A DNA stretch of 64,000 nt from an uncultured bacterium (GCA_964434115.1 CAYSSX010000005.1:31063-95062), one strand, 5' to 3'; shown: positions 27,669 to 38,185, counted from the stretch's first letter. Notes: generated by a model from the sequence alone, not told the origin. Translations and numbers: made by a program.

Positions 27669-29357
27669 ATGAAAAAAGCCTACATCTACGCCAGAGTATC
27701 GACCGCCGAGCAGAACAAGGGCGATATTACGTCCATAGAGAACCAGATTGAGACCTGTAAGCACTTTATAGCCATTAAACAGGCCGAGGGGTGGCAGCAT
27801 GTTAAAACGATCACAGACCCCGGTTTCTCGGGTAAAGATCTGGATCGCCCCGGCATTAAAGAGCTGATGGCCGAGGTTGCCCAGGGGAACGTGGATGTGG
27901 TCGTCACCTACAAAGTAGACCGGGTTAGCCGGTCGCTGATCAAGTTTTACGAGTTCAATAAGCTTCTCGAATCCCACAAGGTTGAATTCGCTTCCGCCAC
28001 CCAAAGCTTTGATACCTCCAGCTCGTCTGGTCGCCTGATGCTCAATATCCTGCTGAGTTTCGCGGAGTATGAACGCGAACTTATCAGCGAGCGAACAGCC
28101 GACAAAATGCAGGCTAATTTCGAGCGCGGAAAATGGGGCGGCGGATATGTGCCCTACGGTTATGAGCTTGATCCGGCAATAAAAGATTTAAAAGTTCATC
28201 CCAAAGAATCCAAAGCGGTTCGCTTAATGTTTGAATCCGTAGCCGCAGGTTTGACATTGGCGAGAACGGCGGACATTCTTCATGAAAAAGGACACCTTAC
28301 GAAATCCCGGATTGTGAAACGTCAAAACGGGAAAGAAGTAAACATGGGCGGAAGAAAATTCCGTGAGGACATTATCTTTCGGATGATCCGCAATCCGTTT
28401 TATTGTGGTTTTATGACGCACAACGGCAAGCTCGGAAAACATCGCTATGAAAGTATTATTCCGAAAACTCTTTATGATAAAGCCAACGCTTCCATGAAGA
28501 AAAAATCGCCTGACAATAACGGCGTTAAGATCAAGCCGAATGCAGACCGGCACACCCACCTTCTGAAAGGCATTCTGAAGTGCGATGACTGTGGCTGTTC
28601 TATGACGCCGGTGCCCAGCGGGAAGCGGGATAAAGACGGCAATCAATACCTATACTACGTCTGCACCGAGGTAAATCACTATAAGGACGCTAAGACCTGC
28701 AAGGTGCGGACTCTTCCAGCCCGGTTAATCGAAAACACCATGATTCACTATTTGAGGGATTTAGGGCAGAAACCCGAACTTCTGGCAGAGGTTATCAGAG
28801 CTTCAAACAAGGCGGCGGGTGGCGAGGTTAAGAACCTCAAGAAGGAAGAGGAACGGCTCAATAAAGCGGTTTTAGCCGCCACCGAAGAGATTAAGAACCT
28901 TATTCAGGTGATTAAGGCCAGTAAGAAAATCTCCCCGGAGATACAGGCGGAAACCGATGCTTTATCAGCCAAGAGGGATCAGCTGTCAGGTGAGCTTGAA
29001 AAGGTCAGAGTGGATTTAAACATTCACGCTTCCAAGCAGCTTGAAATGGAAACGATTCGAAAGAACCTGCTCCATTTCACAGACGTTGTGGATAAGCTCT
29101 CTTTGGAAGAAAAGAAGGAACTGATGTCCCTCATTTTGAAGGAAGTGAAAGTCTCGCGTGTTAACCACGAAAAAGGAAAGGCGCCAGCCGAAGCTGGCGC
29201 CTTCAATACAATGATACGAACTTCGTGGTTTCGCATTGTCGTGACAATTTACGCAATGCCTTCATTGCCTGTCACTTATGACGAACTCACTCAAAAGTTC
29301 GTATTTACTTCTAAATGGCTCCCCCGCGTGGGCTCGAACCACGGACAAGGTGATTAA
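27669..29357 (+). CDS. large serine recombinase (integrase)
   Basis: Resolvase N-terminal domain with catalytic Ser (YIYARVSTAEQ), a recombinase domain, a Cys-rich zinc ribbon (CDDCGCS...YYVCTE), and a C-terminal coiled-coil. The last 42 nt of the ORF overlap tRNA-Asn. Confidence 0.85.
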   Translation: MKKAYIYARVSTAEQNKGDITSIENQIETCKHFIAIKQAEGWQHVKTITDPGFSGKDLDRPGIKELMAEVAQGNVDVVVTYKVDRVSRSLIKFYEFNKLLESHKVEFASATQSFDTSSSSGRLMLNILLSFAEYERELISERTADKMQANFERGKWGGGYVPYGYELDPAIKDLKVHPKESKAVRLMFESVAAGLTLARTADILHEKGHLTKSRIVKRQNGKEVNMGGRKFREDIIFRMIRNPFYCGFMTHNGKLGKHRYESIIPKTLYDKANASMKKKSPDNNGVKIKPNADRHTHLLKGILKCDDCGCSMTPVPSGKRDKDGNQYLYYVCTEVNHYKDAKTCKVRTLPARLIENTMIHYLRDLGQKPELLAEVIRASNKAAGGEVKNLKKEEERLNKAVLAATEEIKNLIQVIKASKKISPEIQAETDALSAKRDQLSGELEKVRVDLNIHASKQLEMETIRKNLLHFTDVVDKLSLEEKKELMSLILKEVKVSRVNHEKGKAPAEAGAFNTMIRTSWFRIVVTIYAMPSLPVTYDELTQKFVFTSKWLPRVGSNHGQGD

Positions 29358-29391
29358 CAGTCACCTGCTCTACCAACTGAGCTACAGGGGA
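29316..29391 (-). tRNA. tRNA-Asn (anticodon GTT)
   Basis: Cloverleaf folded by hand: 7-bp acceptor stem with U1-A72, D-stem GCTC/GAGC, anticodon loop CUGUUAA, T-loop TTCGAGC, discriminator G, and an encoded CCA. Confidence 0.85.
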
Positions 29392-29540
29392 ATAATTCTA
29401 ATTGTATGAAGCCTTACTAACTGCTTGCTCTACCCTCTACTGCCTTCAACTGCCAAAAAGCAGGTACAGGGGATCGAAGGGAGAAAATGTTCGATAATTA
29501 TAAGGATTCAGCGTCTCAGGTCAACCGATGATTGCAGGTC

Positions 29541-31979
29541 TTACAACTCGGTTTGAGCGGGCTGAGGTGCTGAGTTCTGGCCCTGGGCCATGTAAATATC
29601 ACGGGGTTTTGCCCCTTGCGCGGGGCCGATAAGACCCTCGGCTTCCATCTGGTCAATGATGCGGGCCGCACGGGTATACCCCAAACGCAGACGGCGCTGA
29701 AGGTTGGACGTGGAGGCCTGGCCGGTTTCAAGGACCACGGCCACAGCTTCATCAAAGAGTTCGTCTTTTTCGCCGGCCCCTTCCGCGGTTGCGCGGCCTT
29801 CCTGGGCTGAGGCGATTTCGGGGTGATATTCGGGCTTGCCCTGGTTGGCCCAGAAATCCACAACCCCATTGATTTCTTCATCGGTCACAAAGGGCGCCTG
29901 GCCACGGATCAATTTTTCCATACCGGGCTTCAGGAAAAGCATGTCGCCTTTTCCAAGAAGTTTGTCGGCACCGCCCTGATCAAGGATGGTGCGCGAATCC
30001 ACTTTGGATGCGACCTTAAAAGAAATACGCGCCGGAAAATTGGCCTTGATGATACCGGTGATCACGTCCACCGACGGGCGCTGCGTCGCGACAATCAAGT
30101 GAATACCGACCGCGCGGGCAAGCTGCGCGAGACGCGCGATCGCGCCTTCGACTTTGTCCTGCGCAACCATCATCAAATCTGCAAGTTCATCAATGATGAC
30201 CACAATGTACGGGAGTTTCGCGGGAATCACATTCTCAGAAGTCTTGCCTTCAATTTCCGCGAGCGCTTCTTCACTCATGGGCCGTGAGTTAAAGGCCTGA
30301 ATATTGCGGACACCGACTGTCGCGAGAAGTTTGTAACGGTTTTCCATTTCGTTCACAACCCAGTTCAGGGTGTGCGCGGCTTTCTTAACATTCGTGACTA
30401 CGGGTGTGAGCATATGCGGCACGCGGTTATAGACCGCCATTTCCACCATCTTAGGATCAATCATGACAAGCTTCAGCTGGTCCGGCGTGGCGTGATAAAG
30501 AAGGCTGACAATAATCGAATTCACGCACACGGTTTTACCGCTGCCGGTGGTACCCGCGATAATGATATGCGGCATGCCGGCAAGGTCCGCGATCAAGGTC
30601 TTGCCGCTGGTGTCTTTGCCAAGCACAAGCGGCAGTTCGGATTTCTTGGATTTAAAAAGCGGCGAATCGATCAGTTCCCGAAGTGAAACGACGCTTGAAA
30701 CAGAATTGGGCACTTCTATACCTATCGCAGACTTGCCCGGAATCGGAACAATCAGCCGTATGCTCATGGCCTTCAGCGCAAGCGCGATATCATCCTGAAG
30801 CGAGGTGATGGAATTGACCTTCACACCCGGCGCGGGCAAAAGCTCGTAACGCGTAATCACAGGGCCTTGCTCGATTTCAACGACCTTGACCTGAATACCA
30901 AAACGGGCCAGGGTCTCTTCGAGAATCCGGGAATTGGCGGTGAGATCATCCCCTGCTCCGGCAACACCCGGCGCGGCTTTCTTGAGAAGATCCAGCGGCG
31001 GAAATTGATACTCGATGGACGAGGGTTTTGAACCAATCACGCCGTCATGCGCGCCCTCTTCAGCGTCTTCAAGCTTGTCTGCTTTCGAAATCGCGGAAAG
31101 CGCGGCAGCCACTTGAGGCGAAGGCGTACGGTTTTTCTCCGCGGGCTTTTCGGTTTCCCTTTTCGCAGGAAGATTTTTCTGACTCTCGGCCAACACGGCT
31201 TTCTTCAACTCTTCTGCGGCATCAAGGCTTTCTTCAGGAAGTTCCGGACGGTACTTGGTGACCTTGAGCGGAACATCGGGCATCTTCGGAAGTTCGACCG
31301 CCTTCGTCTTCTCTTTTTCTTTTTCCTTGGGCTTCTGCGGCACAATTTTTTCTTTCACAACCGCGTTAGCTTTGGGCTCTCTGGCTTTCAGAAAAGAAAA
31401 GAGTTTTGAGAAACCGCGGGTTAATGACGTGACGCCTTCGAAGAAATCAGAAAAGCCCTGGTGAAGTTTTTCGAGCGTACCTTTGACCATGGGATAAATA
31501 AGAAAATCCGTGGCCAGAAGAAGCGAAAGAAGAAGGCATGAGGTCGCGACAATATAACTTCCGACAAGACCGAAATAGCGCAGAAGATGCGTTCCCGCCA
31601 GATAACCGATGGCACCGCCTTCATTGAAGCGGGATTCCGGAGAAACGGAAATCGCGACAAGCGTCGCGGTTGAAACCAGAGAAATGCCGAGGCCGAAAAA
31701 TTTGAAGATCTTTTTTTCGGGAACGCGCTGCAGAAAAAAGCAGCCGGCCCAAAGAAGAAAAAGAAGCGGGATCAAATACGCGCTGATTCCAAACGTGATG
31801 AAAAGGCCGAAGGCAAGGTAAGCGCCGATCAGGCCCGTGTAATTATGAACCGGAGAAAAAGGGTGTGAGGTGTAAAAAGGAATATCATTAAGCTGGAAGA
31901 AGAACAGGGCGGCCAGGGTAAAGAGCCCCAGCAGCAGCGCAAAAACTCCCCAGATTTCGTTCAATCTCTCTTGACGCAT
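29541..31979 (-). CDS. ftsK: DNA translocase FtsK
   Basis: N-terminal transmembrane helices, a Pro/Lys-rich linker, motor domain with P-loop GTTGSGKT, and a C-terminal gamma winged helix. Confidence 0.9.
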   Translation of the reverse strand: MRQERLNEIWGVFALLLGLFTLAALFFFQLNDIPFYTSHPFSPVHNYTGLIGAYLAFGLFITFGISAYLIPLLFLLWAGCFFLQRVPEKKIFKFFGLGISLVSTATLVAISVSPESRFNEGGAIGYLAGTHLLRYFGLVGSYIVATSCLLLSLLLATDFLIYPMVKGTLEKLHQGFSDFFEGVTSLTRGFSKLFSFLKAREPKANAVVKEKIVPQKPKEKEKEKTKAVELPKMPDVPLKVTKYRPELPEESLDAAEELKKAVLAESQKNLPAKRETEKPAEKNRTPSPQVAAALSAISKADKLEDAEEGAHDGVIGSKPSSIEYQFPPLDLLKKAAPGVAGAGDDLTANSRILEETLARFGIQVKVVEIEQGPVITRYELLPAPGVKVNSITSLQDDIALALKAMSIRLIVPIPGKSAIGIEVPNSVSSVVSLRELIDSPLFKSKKSELPLVLGKDTSGKTLIADLAGMPHIIIAGTTGSGKTVCVNSIIVSLLYHATPDQLKLVMIDPKMVEMAVYNRVPHMLTPVVTNVKKAAHTLNWVVNEMENRYKLLATVGVRNIQAFNSRPMSEEALAEIEGKTSENVIPAKLPYIVVIIDELADLMMVAQDKVEGAIARLAQLARAVGIHLIVATQRPSVDVITGIIKANFPARISFKVASKVDSRTILDQGGADKLLGKGDMLFLKPGMEKLIRGQAPFVTDEEINGVVDFWANQGKPEYHPEIASAQEGRATAEGAGEKDELFDEAVAVVLETGQASTSNLQRRLRLGYTRAARIIDQMEAEGLIGPAQGAKPRDIYMAQGQNSAPQPAQTEL

Positions 31980-32049
31980 TGTGCAAACCCGCGGGTGTCA
32001 TTTGTGGAACGCGCTTCTTAACATTATATAAGGACAAACGAACTGCGCG

Positions 32050-32502
32050 TTATGAAATACCGGTATGTCCAAAGCCCCCGCTGCCGCGGGATGTAGCGCT
32101 TAAATTATCGGCCAAAACCAGCTGGGCCTTGACCACTTCCGCGATCACCATTTGAGCGATTCTCATACCCCTAGTAATCGTAAAGGGTTCCCGCCCCAGA
32201 TTCGCCATAATCACCTGGACTTCGCCCCTGTAATCGGCGTCAATCGTCCCTGGAGAATTTAACAGGGTAATGCCGTGTTTAAGGGCAAGACCGCTGCGGG
32301 GACGGATCTGGGCTTCATAACCTTCTGGGAGAGAGATCGAAAGGCCGGTTGGAACCAAAATGCGTTCGCCGGGATTGATCGGGATATCCCCGGCGCAAGC
32401 GGCCATGAGATCCAGGCCGCTTGCGTGGGGTGTTTGATACTGGGGAAGTTCCAGCCCTTCGAAGTGTGGAAGTTTTTTAACAACAACTTCGCAGGACTTC
32501 AT
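32050..32502 (-). CDS. dut: dUTP diphosphatase
   Basis: 150 aa. dUTPase motifs [24 protein letters not shown]. Confidence 0.85.
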   Translation of the reverse strand: MKSCEVVVKKLPHFEGLELPQYQTPHASGLDLMAACAGDIPINPGERILVPTGLSISLPEGYEAQIRPRSGLALKHGITLLNSPGTIDADYRGEVQVIMANLGREPFTITRGMRIAQMVIAEVVKAQLVLADNLSATSRGSGGFGHTGIS

Positions 32503-32511
32503 AGCGCTCGC

Positions 32512-34710
32512 TTACCTGCGAGGCCGGCGATCGCGGTCTCCGCGTCCGCCCCGGTCACCGCCGCGGGCAGGAGCTGCTTCAATCACATCGCGTTCAGCGC
32601 CTTCAGGAAGTTTGGGCCAGCCGCCTTCTTTGGCCTGCTTGATGCTGAGGTTGATCTTGCCTCTTTCATCAACACCGACCACCTTCACGGGCACCACATC
32701 GCCGACGCGAAGATATTCCGTGACATCTTTCACATAGCCTTCAGAAATTTCAGACACGTGGCAAAGACCGTCCTGGCCGGGAAGAATTTCGCAGAACGCG
32801 CCAAAAGGCATCAGTTTGCGGACCGTCGCCTGATAAAGCGCGCCGATTTCCGCTTCCGCGGTAATCCCCTTCACACGGGCAATCGCGGCATCAGAAGCAG
32901 CGGCGTCCGTAGAAGCAATCAACACGCGGCCGCTGTCATCAATGTCAATCTTGACGCCAGTTTCTTCACAGATGCTGCGGATAACTTTACCGCCGGGACC
33001 GATGAGCGCGCCGATTTTTTCAGGATTGATTTGAAGAGCGGTGATGCGGGGAGCGAAGCTTGAAAGATTTTCACGGGGAGCAGCGATCACTTCCGCGATT
33101 TTGTCCAGGATCTTGAAGCGGGCTTCTTTGGCCTGATCAAAGGCTTCGAGAAGAATCGCATCCGTCACGCCGGAAATTTTAAGATCCATCTGGAGCGCGG
33201 TAAGACCCTTGCGGGTTCCCGCGGCCTTGAAATCCATGTCACCGAGATGATCTTCAATGCCCGCGATGTCGGTCAAAACTTTCCAATCATTGCCTTCAGT
33301 CACAAGACCCAGGGCGATACCGGCCACAGGCGCCTTGAGCGGAACGCCCGCGTCCATCAGGGACAACGTGCCGCCGCAGACAGAAGCCATGGAGCTGGAA
33401 CCGTTGGATTCAAGAATGTCTGACACCACGCGCACCACATACGGGAACTGGTCCGGGTCTGCGGGGATCACGGGTTTCAGCGCGCGTTCAGCAAGAGCAC
33501 CGTGGCCGATTTCGCGGCGGCCTGTACCGCCGTAACGGCCGGTTTCACCCACGCTGAAGGCCGGGAAATTGTAGTGAAGCATAAAACGCTTGGAGATATC
33601 GCCTTCAAGGGCGTCGATGCGCTGTTCATCATCCCCGGTGCCGAGCGTTGTCACGCAAAGCGCCTGAGTCTGGCCGCGCGTAAAGATCGCGGAACCATGC
33701 GTTCTCGGAAGCACGCTGACTTCACTGGTGATATTGCGGATCTCGCGGTTCTGACGGCCGTCCGGGCGCTTGCCTTTGCGGACAATCAACTCGCGGACAT
33801 ATTTCTTTTCAAATTTTTCGAACACGGCTTTCACGGAACCTTCACAGAAGTCTTCCGCTTTGGCATCAAACGCGCCAAGGACTTTTTCCTTGTAGAGTTT
33901 CTTTACGCCTTCTTCGCGGTCTTCCTTGGAACCGCCGCCGAAAATCTTGTCAAACTCGCCGGCAATGATTCCCGCGACTTTGGATTCAAGCGCCGCATCC
34001 GCTTCTTTGCGGACGATTTCACGCTTTTTCTTTCCGATTTTCGCGCGCAGCTCGGCCTGAAGTTCCGCGAGCTCCTTGATGGCCTTGTGCCCGAAGTGAA
34101 GGGCTTCCATCATTTTCTCTTCGGAAATTTCGTTGGCGCCGGCTTCGATCATCACGATCTTGTCCTTGGTTCCCGTGACCACAAGATCAAGGTCACTGGT
34201 TTCCATTTCAGCAATCGTGGGGTTGATAATGAGTTCACCATTCACAAGACCCACGCGAACCGTACCCAGCGCGTCATCAAAGGGAATATCGGAAACAAGA
34301 AGGGCTGCGGAAGCGCCGTTCATGCCCAGGATATCCGCGGGATTTTCGCAGTCAGAGGAAAGAACGGTCACGATGACTTGCGTGTCATTCGTGTAATCGT
34401 CATCAAACACAGAACGGATCGGACGGTCAATCAGACGGGAAACCAGGGTTTCACGTTCGGTCGGACGGCCTTCACGTTTGAAATACCCGCCCGGGATTTT
34501 CCCTGCGGCATAAGCCTTTTCACGGTATTCCACGGTCAGCGGAAAAAAATCTTTGGTTTCATCCGCTTCTTTTTCAGAAACCGCTGCGGCCAGAATAACG
34601 GTGCCGCCGTACTGAACGGTCACGGCTCCGTGCGCCTGCTTGGCCACGCGTCCTGTTTCGATAATAAAATCGCGATTGCCGATTTTGCGGGAAATTTTCT
34701 CAATGGTCAT
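32512..34710 (-). CDS. pnp: polyribonucleotide nucleotidyltransferase (PNPase)
   Basis: Two RNase PH domains, a KH domain, an S1 domain, and an Arg-rich tail. Start set at MTIEK. Confidence 0.95.
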   Translation of the reverse strand: MTIEKISRKIGNRDFIIETGRVAKQAHGAVTVQYGGTVILAAAVSEKEADETKDFFPLTVEYREKAYAAGKIPGGYFKREGRPTERETLVSRLIDRPIRSVFDDDYTNDTQVIVTVLSSDCENPADILGMNGASAALLVSDIPFDDALGTVRVGLVNGELIINPTIAEMETSDLDLVVTGTKDKIVMIEAGANEISEEKMMEALHFGHKAIKELAELQAELRAKIGKKKREIVRKEADAALESKVAGIIAGEFDKIFGGGSKEDREEGVKKLYKEKVLGAFDAKAEDFCEGSVKAVFEKFEKKYVRELIVRKGKRPDGRQNREIRNITSEVSVLPRTHGSAIFTRGQTQALCVTTLGTGDDEQRIDALEGDISKRFMLHYNFPAFSVGETGRYGGTGRREIGHGALAERALKPVIPADPDQFPYVVRVVSDILESNGSSSMASVCGGTLSLMDAGVPLKAPVAGIALGLVTEGNDWKVLTDIAGIEDHLGDMDFKAAGTRKGLTALQMDLKISGVTDAILLEAFDQAKEARFKILDKIAEVIAAPRENLSSFAPRITALQINPEKIGALIGPGGKVIRSICEETGVKIDIDDSGRVLIASTDAAASDAAIARVKGITAEAEIGALYQATVRKLMPFGAFCEILPGQDGLCHVSEISEGYVKDVTEYLRVGDVVPVKVVGVDERGKINLSIKQAKEGGWPKLPEGAERDVIEAAPARGGDRGGRGDRDRRPRR

Positions 34711-34753
34711 AGGATTGTCCTTGCTTGGATTTCGATTCAATGCGGAAGGCAGA

Positions 34754-35023
34754 TTATTTTCTCAGATTCAAACGAGCGATGATTTCCTTGTAACGGGGAA
34801 GCTCATTCGTTTTGAGATACGTCAGAAGTTTTTTTCTGCGGCTGACCATCTTAATAAGACCGTAACGGGAATGATGATCGACTTTGTTAGCCTTGAAGTG
34901 CTCTTCGAGCCCGTTGATGCGCTCGGTGAGGAGAGCAATTTGAACTTCAGCTGAACCGGTGTCTTCTTTCGTGCGCCGGTAATCCGTGATGACTTTTTTC
35001 TTTTTCTCTTTAGCGAGTGGCAT
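34754..35023 (-). CDS. rpsO: 30S ribosomal protein S15
   Basis: 89 aa. The sequence ...[34 protein letters not shown]... is typical of S15. Confidence 0.95.
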   Translation of the reverse strand: MPLAKEKKKKVITDYRRTKEDTGSAEVQIALLTERINGLEEHFKANKVDHHSRYGLIKMVSRRKKLLTYLKTNELPRYKEIIARLNLRK

Positions 35024-35090
35024 GTGAATCTTTCTAACTCCTTAACATGGTTTTATTTAGATTTTTAGACCGCGCAGTATACCCAAATCA

Positions 35091-36083
35091 CTAGGCCTTG
35101 TAAAGGCTTTCTTCCCGTCCGGCAAGCACCTGACGGGCCCTCTGAATATCGGTCTGAATCTGGTTTTTTAAAGCGGAAATATCCGGAAAGGTCATTTCCG
35201 CCCGGAGCCTCGGGTAAAACCGGATTTCCAGGTTCTTTCCGTACATATCTCCATTAAAATCAAAGAGATGCGCTTCGGGGACAGCCTTCTTAACTGCCTC
35301 GTCAAAGGTCGGCCGGTACCCGTAATTCAAGACTCCGGAAAGCCAGGGGCCGGCCTTAAGAGGGTCTTCGGATGCCCCGGTTTCCGCCGTCAGCTCCCGG
35401 ACCTGGACCGGATAAACCCCAAGCGGCGGCAGGATCTCGCTGGCCACCTCCAGGTTCACCGTGGGAAACCCGATTTTAGAACCCCTGCCCGCGCCTTTGA
35501 CCACATTCCCGAAAACACTGAATTTCCGGCCCAGACAAATTTCAGCTTCTTCGAGCTTTCCTTCGCGGACCAGGGTCCGGATTCGGGAACTTGAAACCAT
35601 GTCCCCCGCGGCCTGAACCGGTTCAAGCTGATAGAAAGCAAATCCCAGTTCGCGGCCGAGGCGGCGCATCAGGTCCGCATCGCCTTCACGGTTGCGGCCG
35701 AAACGGGCATTGTGTCCGAGATAAACTTCTTTGACCTCAAGCTGGCGGACGAGAACATCGCGGACAAAAGTCTCGGGGTCCATGGAAGAAAATTCCGTCG
35801 TGAATGCGAGCAGAAAGCAGAGTTCCACGCCGTTTTCTTTTAAAAGAAAAAGTTTGTGCTCAAGCGAAGTCAAAAGCGGCGGCTTGGAAGTCGGGTGGAG
35901 CACATGCTGAGGGTGCTCGCGGAAAGTCATCACCGCGGCAATTCCGTTTTGAGAGCGGGCGCTTTCTGTCACACGCGCCAGAAGGCTTTGATGGCCTAAA
36001 TGAACGCCGTCAAAGTTACCAAGGGCGAGAACAAGCGGACGGGCATTTTTCGGGGCAAACTTAAAATCACTGAGTATTCGCAT
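35091..36083 (-). CDS. ribF: bifunctional riboflavin kinase / FAD synthetase
   Basis: N-terminal FAD-synthetase nucleotidyltransferase domain (GNFDGVHLGH) followed by a C-terminal riboflavin kinase domain. Confidence 0.85.
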   Translation of the reverse strand: MRILSDFKFAPKNARPLVLALGNFDGVHLGHQSLLARVTESARSQNGIAAVMTFREHPQHVLHPTSKPPLLTSLEHKLFLLKENGVELCFLLAFTTEFSSMDPETFVRDVLVRQLEVKEVYLGHNARFGRNREGDADLMRRLGRELGFAFYQLEPVQAAGDMVSSSRIRTLVREGKLEEAEICLGRKFSVFGNVVKGAGRGSKIGFPTVNLEVASEILPPLGVYPVQVRELTAETGASEDPLKAGPWLSGVLNYGYRPTFDEAVKKAVPEAHLFDFNGDMYGKNLEIRFYPRLRAEMTFPDISALKNQIQTDIQRARQVLAGREESLYKA

Positions 36084-36807
36084 AATTTAAAGCCCTCAAC
36101 GGAAGCACCTTGCGGCGGAGCTCTTCCGGCGTCATATTTTTCAGGGCCTCAATCGTCACACCGCCGGGTTCCAGCGTAAAAGTTCCGCTGCGCAAACGGC
36201 GAAGCTCGGCAAGCGTGGCGGAACAGCCAAGCGCTTTTCCCAAATCATGGACAAGCGTGCGGACATACGTGCCTTTGGAGACGCTTGAAAAAAAGGAAAC
36301 GAACTTCCCTTCCTGTTTGCGGATGTCAAAAACCTGCACATTCACTTCGCGGCCTTCGCGGGGAACTTCCTGTCCCTGCCGGGCCAGCTTGTACAAGCGG
36401 ACTCCCTTGTGCTTCAAAGCGGAGACCATGGGCGGCACCTGGATAATATTGCCGGTAAAAATCTTGGCCTTTTCGCGGACCATTTCAAGAGTCACGCCTG
36501 AGGGATCTGATTCCAAAAGCACTTTGCCGCAGCGGTCATGGGAATCGGTTTCAACACCGAGCTCCATCACGCCTTCATAATCCTTGTCGCACGCCGTGAG
36601 GTTCGCGGATTGTTTTGTGGCGCTGCCGAGAAGAAGAACAAGCAGCCCTGTGGCCAGCGGATCAAGAGTTCCGGCATGGCCGACCTTTTTAATGTTGAAT
36701 CTTTTTTTCACAAACGCGCAGACATCATGGGAAGTCCATTCACGGGGTTTGTCGACAAGCAGAATGCCGTCGATGAAAAATTCGCGTCTCAGATTCTGCG
36801 TGGTCAT
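36067..36807 (-). CDS. truB: tRNA pseudouridine(55) synthase
   Basis: LLVDKPREWTSHDV...GHAGTLDP catalytic-Asp motif. Confidence 0.9.
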   Translation of the reverse strand: MTTQNLRREFFIDGILLVDKPREWTSHDVCAFVKKRFNIKKVGHAGTLDPLATGLLVLLLGSATKQSANLTACDKDYEGVMELGVETDSHDRCGKVLLESDPSGVTLEMVREKAKIFTGNIIQVPPMVSALKHKGVRLYKLARQGQEVPREGREVNVQVFDIRKQEGKFVSFFSSVSKGTYVRTLVHDLGKALGCSATLAELRRLRSGTFTLEPGGVTIEALKNMTPEELRRKVLPLRALNYANTQ

Positions 36808-37814
36808 GCGGAGTGTCTCCCCGGTTTAAAATGAAACGAACTCAAGATGCGTTTGACGATCTGGCGTTCCGCTTCGGCAACCGATGCGCGGATCGTACAC
36901 CCGGAGGCCTTCTTGTGGCCGCCGCCGTTAAAAAAGGTCGCCACGCGGTTCACATCATAAGGGCCCTTGGCGCGGAACGAAACCCTCACCGATTTCCCGT
37001 CGGAAAGCTCGGTCAGAAAAAAAGAAACCTTGGAACCTTTCAAGTAGCGCACAAAATCAATAAAGCCTTCGGCGTCTTCATAACCCGCGCCGGTTTCTTT
37101 CAGATCGCGCCGGCTCATGGCCGACCACGCGAGCGCGCCGCCAGCCGCGGTTTTGACGCGCCCGAGAAGACGGCTGTAAAGTTTCATGGTCTTCAGTGAA
37201 TACGCGCCGTGAAGCTCGTCATTGATTTTTTCAATATCCAGCCCCGTGGCAATCAGCTTGGCCGCCATGACATGCGACTCCGCCCGCGTGTTGCTGTATT
37301 TGAAAGATCCGGTGTCCGTTGCGAGGCCCACATAAAGGTTCTTGGCCTCATCGCGCGTCAGCTTAAGCTTCAGGTAATTAAAAATATCCAGCACGACTTC
37401 CGCGGAGGCCGCGGCCTCGGGGCGGATGAAATTGTAATTTCCGAAACGGTCATTGCTGATGTGGTGATCAATATTAAAAATAGCGATGTCTTTAGGAAGA
37501 ATGCTGCGCACATCCCCGATGCGGGCAAGTGTCGGGCAATCCGTTAGAACAAGGGCGTCAAAACCGGGATTGTTCTTTTTTAATTCCGAGGTCCGCATCC
37601 ATTTACGATTGGAAAGACAGGAGAGGCGTTCCGGAAAAGGGTCCTGACAAACCACCTGGGTTTTTTTACCCATGCGTCTTAGAAGGGATTCCATGGCCAG
37701 CATACTGCCAATCGCGTCCCCTTCGGGCGTCACGTGGCAGGAAAGAAGAAAGCGTTTGTGCTTTTTTAAACCTTGAACGAGTTTGATGAGGTCGCGTTTG
37801 TTTGCGGTTTTCAT
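36804..37814 (-). CDS. DHH-family phosphoesterase (NrnA-like nanoRNase/pAp phosphatase)
   Basis: DHH motif (NIDHHISN) and a C-terminal GGGH motif (DHHA1 domain). Confidence 0.7.
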   Translation of the reverse strand: MKTANKRDLIKLVQGLKKHKRFLLSCHVTPEGDAIGSMLAMESLLRRMGKKTQVVCQDPFPERLSCLSNRKWMRTSELKKNNPGFDALVLTDCPTLARIGDVRSILPKDIAIFNIDHHISNDRFGNYNFIRPEAAASAEVVLDIFNYLKLKLTRDEAKNLYVGLATDTGSFKYSNTRAESHVMAAKLIATGLDIEKINDELHGAYSLKTMKLYSRLLGRVKTAAGGALAWSAMSRRDLKETGAGYEDAEGFIDFVRYLKGSKVSFFLTELSDGKSVRVSFRAKGPYDVNRVATFFNGGGHKKASGCTIRASVAEAERQIVKRILSSFHFKPGRHSA

Positions 37815-38185
37815 TCGGCCGCGGCTCCGCCTTCGGGATTTTCCTTGATCTGGATGTCGCGGAGAATTTTGTCGATCTCAAGCCCCTTTTCGATCGAGGC
37901 ATCAAGCCGGAAAATAAGGCGCGGCGTGTTACGCATTTTGAGAACAGCGCCGATTTCACGCTGAAGAAATCCTGCCGCCTTTTCGAGCGCGATCTGAGTA
38001 CCCTTCTTCGCTTCTTCGGTCCCGAGCACACTGTAAAAAACACAGGCGGATTTCAGGTCCGGTGAAACGTCCACGTGCGTCACGGTCACAAAACCAAGGC
38101 GCGGGTCTTTGACTTTAAAAAGAATCAGCTGACTGAGTTCCATCTGCATGAGATGGCCGACCCGGTCCGTACGTTTACCTTGCAA
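37811..38185 (-). CDS. rbfA: ribosome-binding factor A
   Basis: 124 aa. RVGHLMQMELSQLI...DPRLGFVTVTHVDVSPDL is typical of RbfA. Confidence 0.85.
   Translation of the reverse strand: MQGKRTDRVGHLMQMELSQLILFKVKDPRLGFVTVTHVDVSPDLKSACVFYSVLGTEEAKKGTQIALEKAAGFLQREIGAVLKMRNTPRLIFRLDASIEKGLEIDKILRDIQIKENPEGGAAAE

Larger units (their letters stand above)
6768..29391. mobile_element. integrative conjugative element (T4SS + oriT + regulators + defence cargo + serine integrase) inserted next to tRNA-Asn; left boundary uncertain and may extend to or beyond position 1
   Basis: Complete mating-pair-formation and coupling-protein gene set, an excisionase-like gene, and a large serine recombinase abutting a tRNA. 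GC appears lower than in the flanking housekeeping genes by visual impression. Confidence 0.55.

Noticed and set aside
29516-29881. 121-aa Pro/Arg-rich minus-strand ORF at the ftsK 3' end
   Set aside because: It overlaps the real FtsK C-terminus in another frame and has a low-complexity composition.
33502-34782. 426-aa plus-strand ORF opposite pnp, together with similar long antisense ORFs at 6913-7692, 40436-41512, 52090-53205 and 19279-19848
   Set aside because: Each lies entirely inside and antisense to a well-supported conserved gene (PNPase, TrbI, NusA, NuoL, Res). They have low-complexity, Arg/Gly-rich compositions typical of GC-biased antisense frames. They are frame artefacts.
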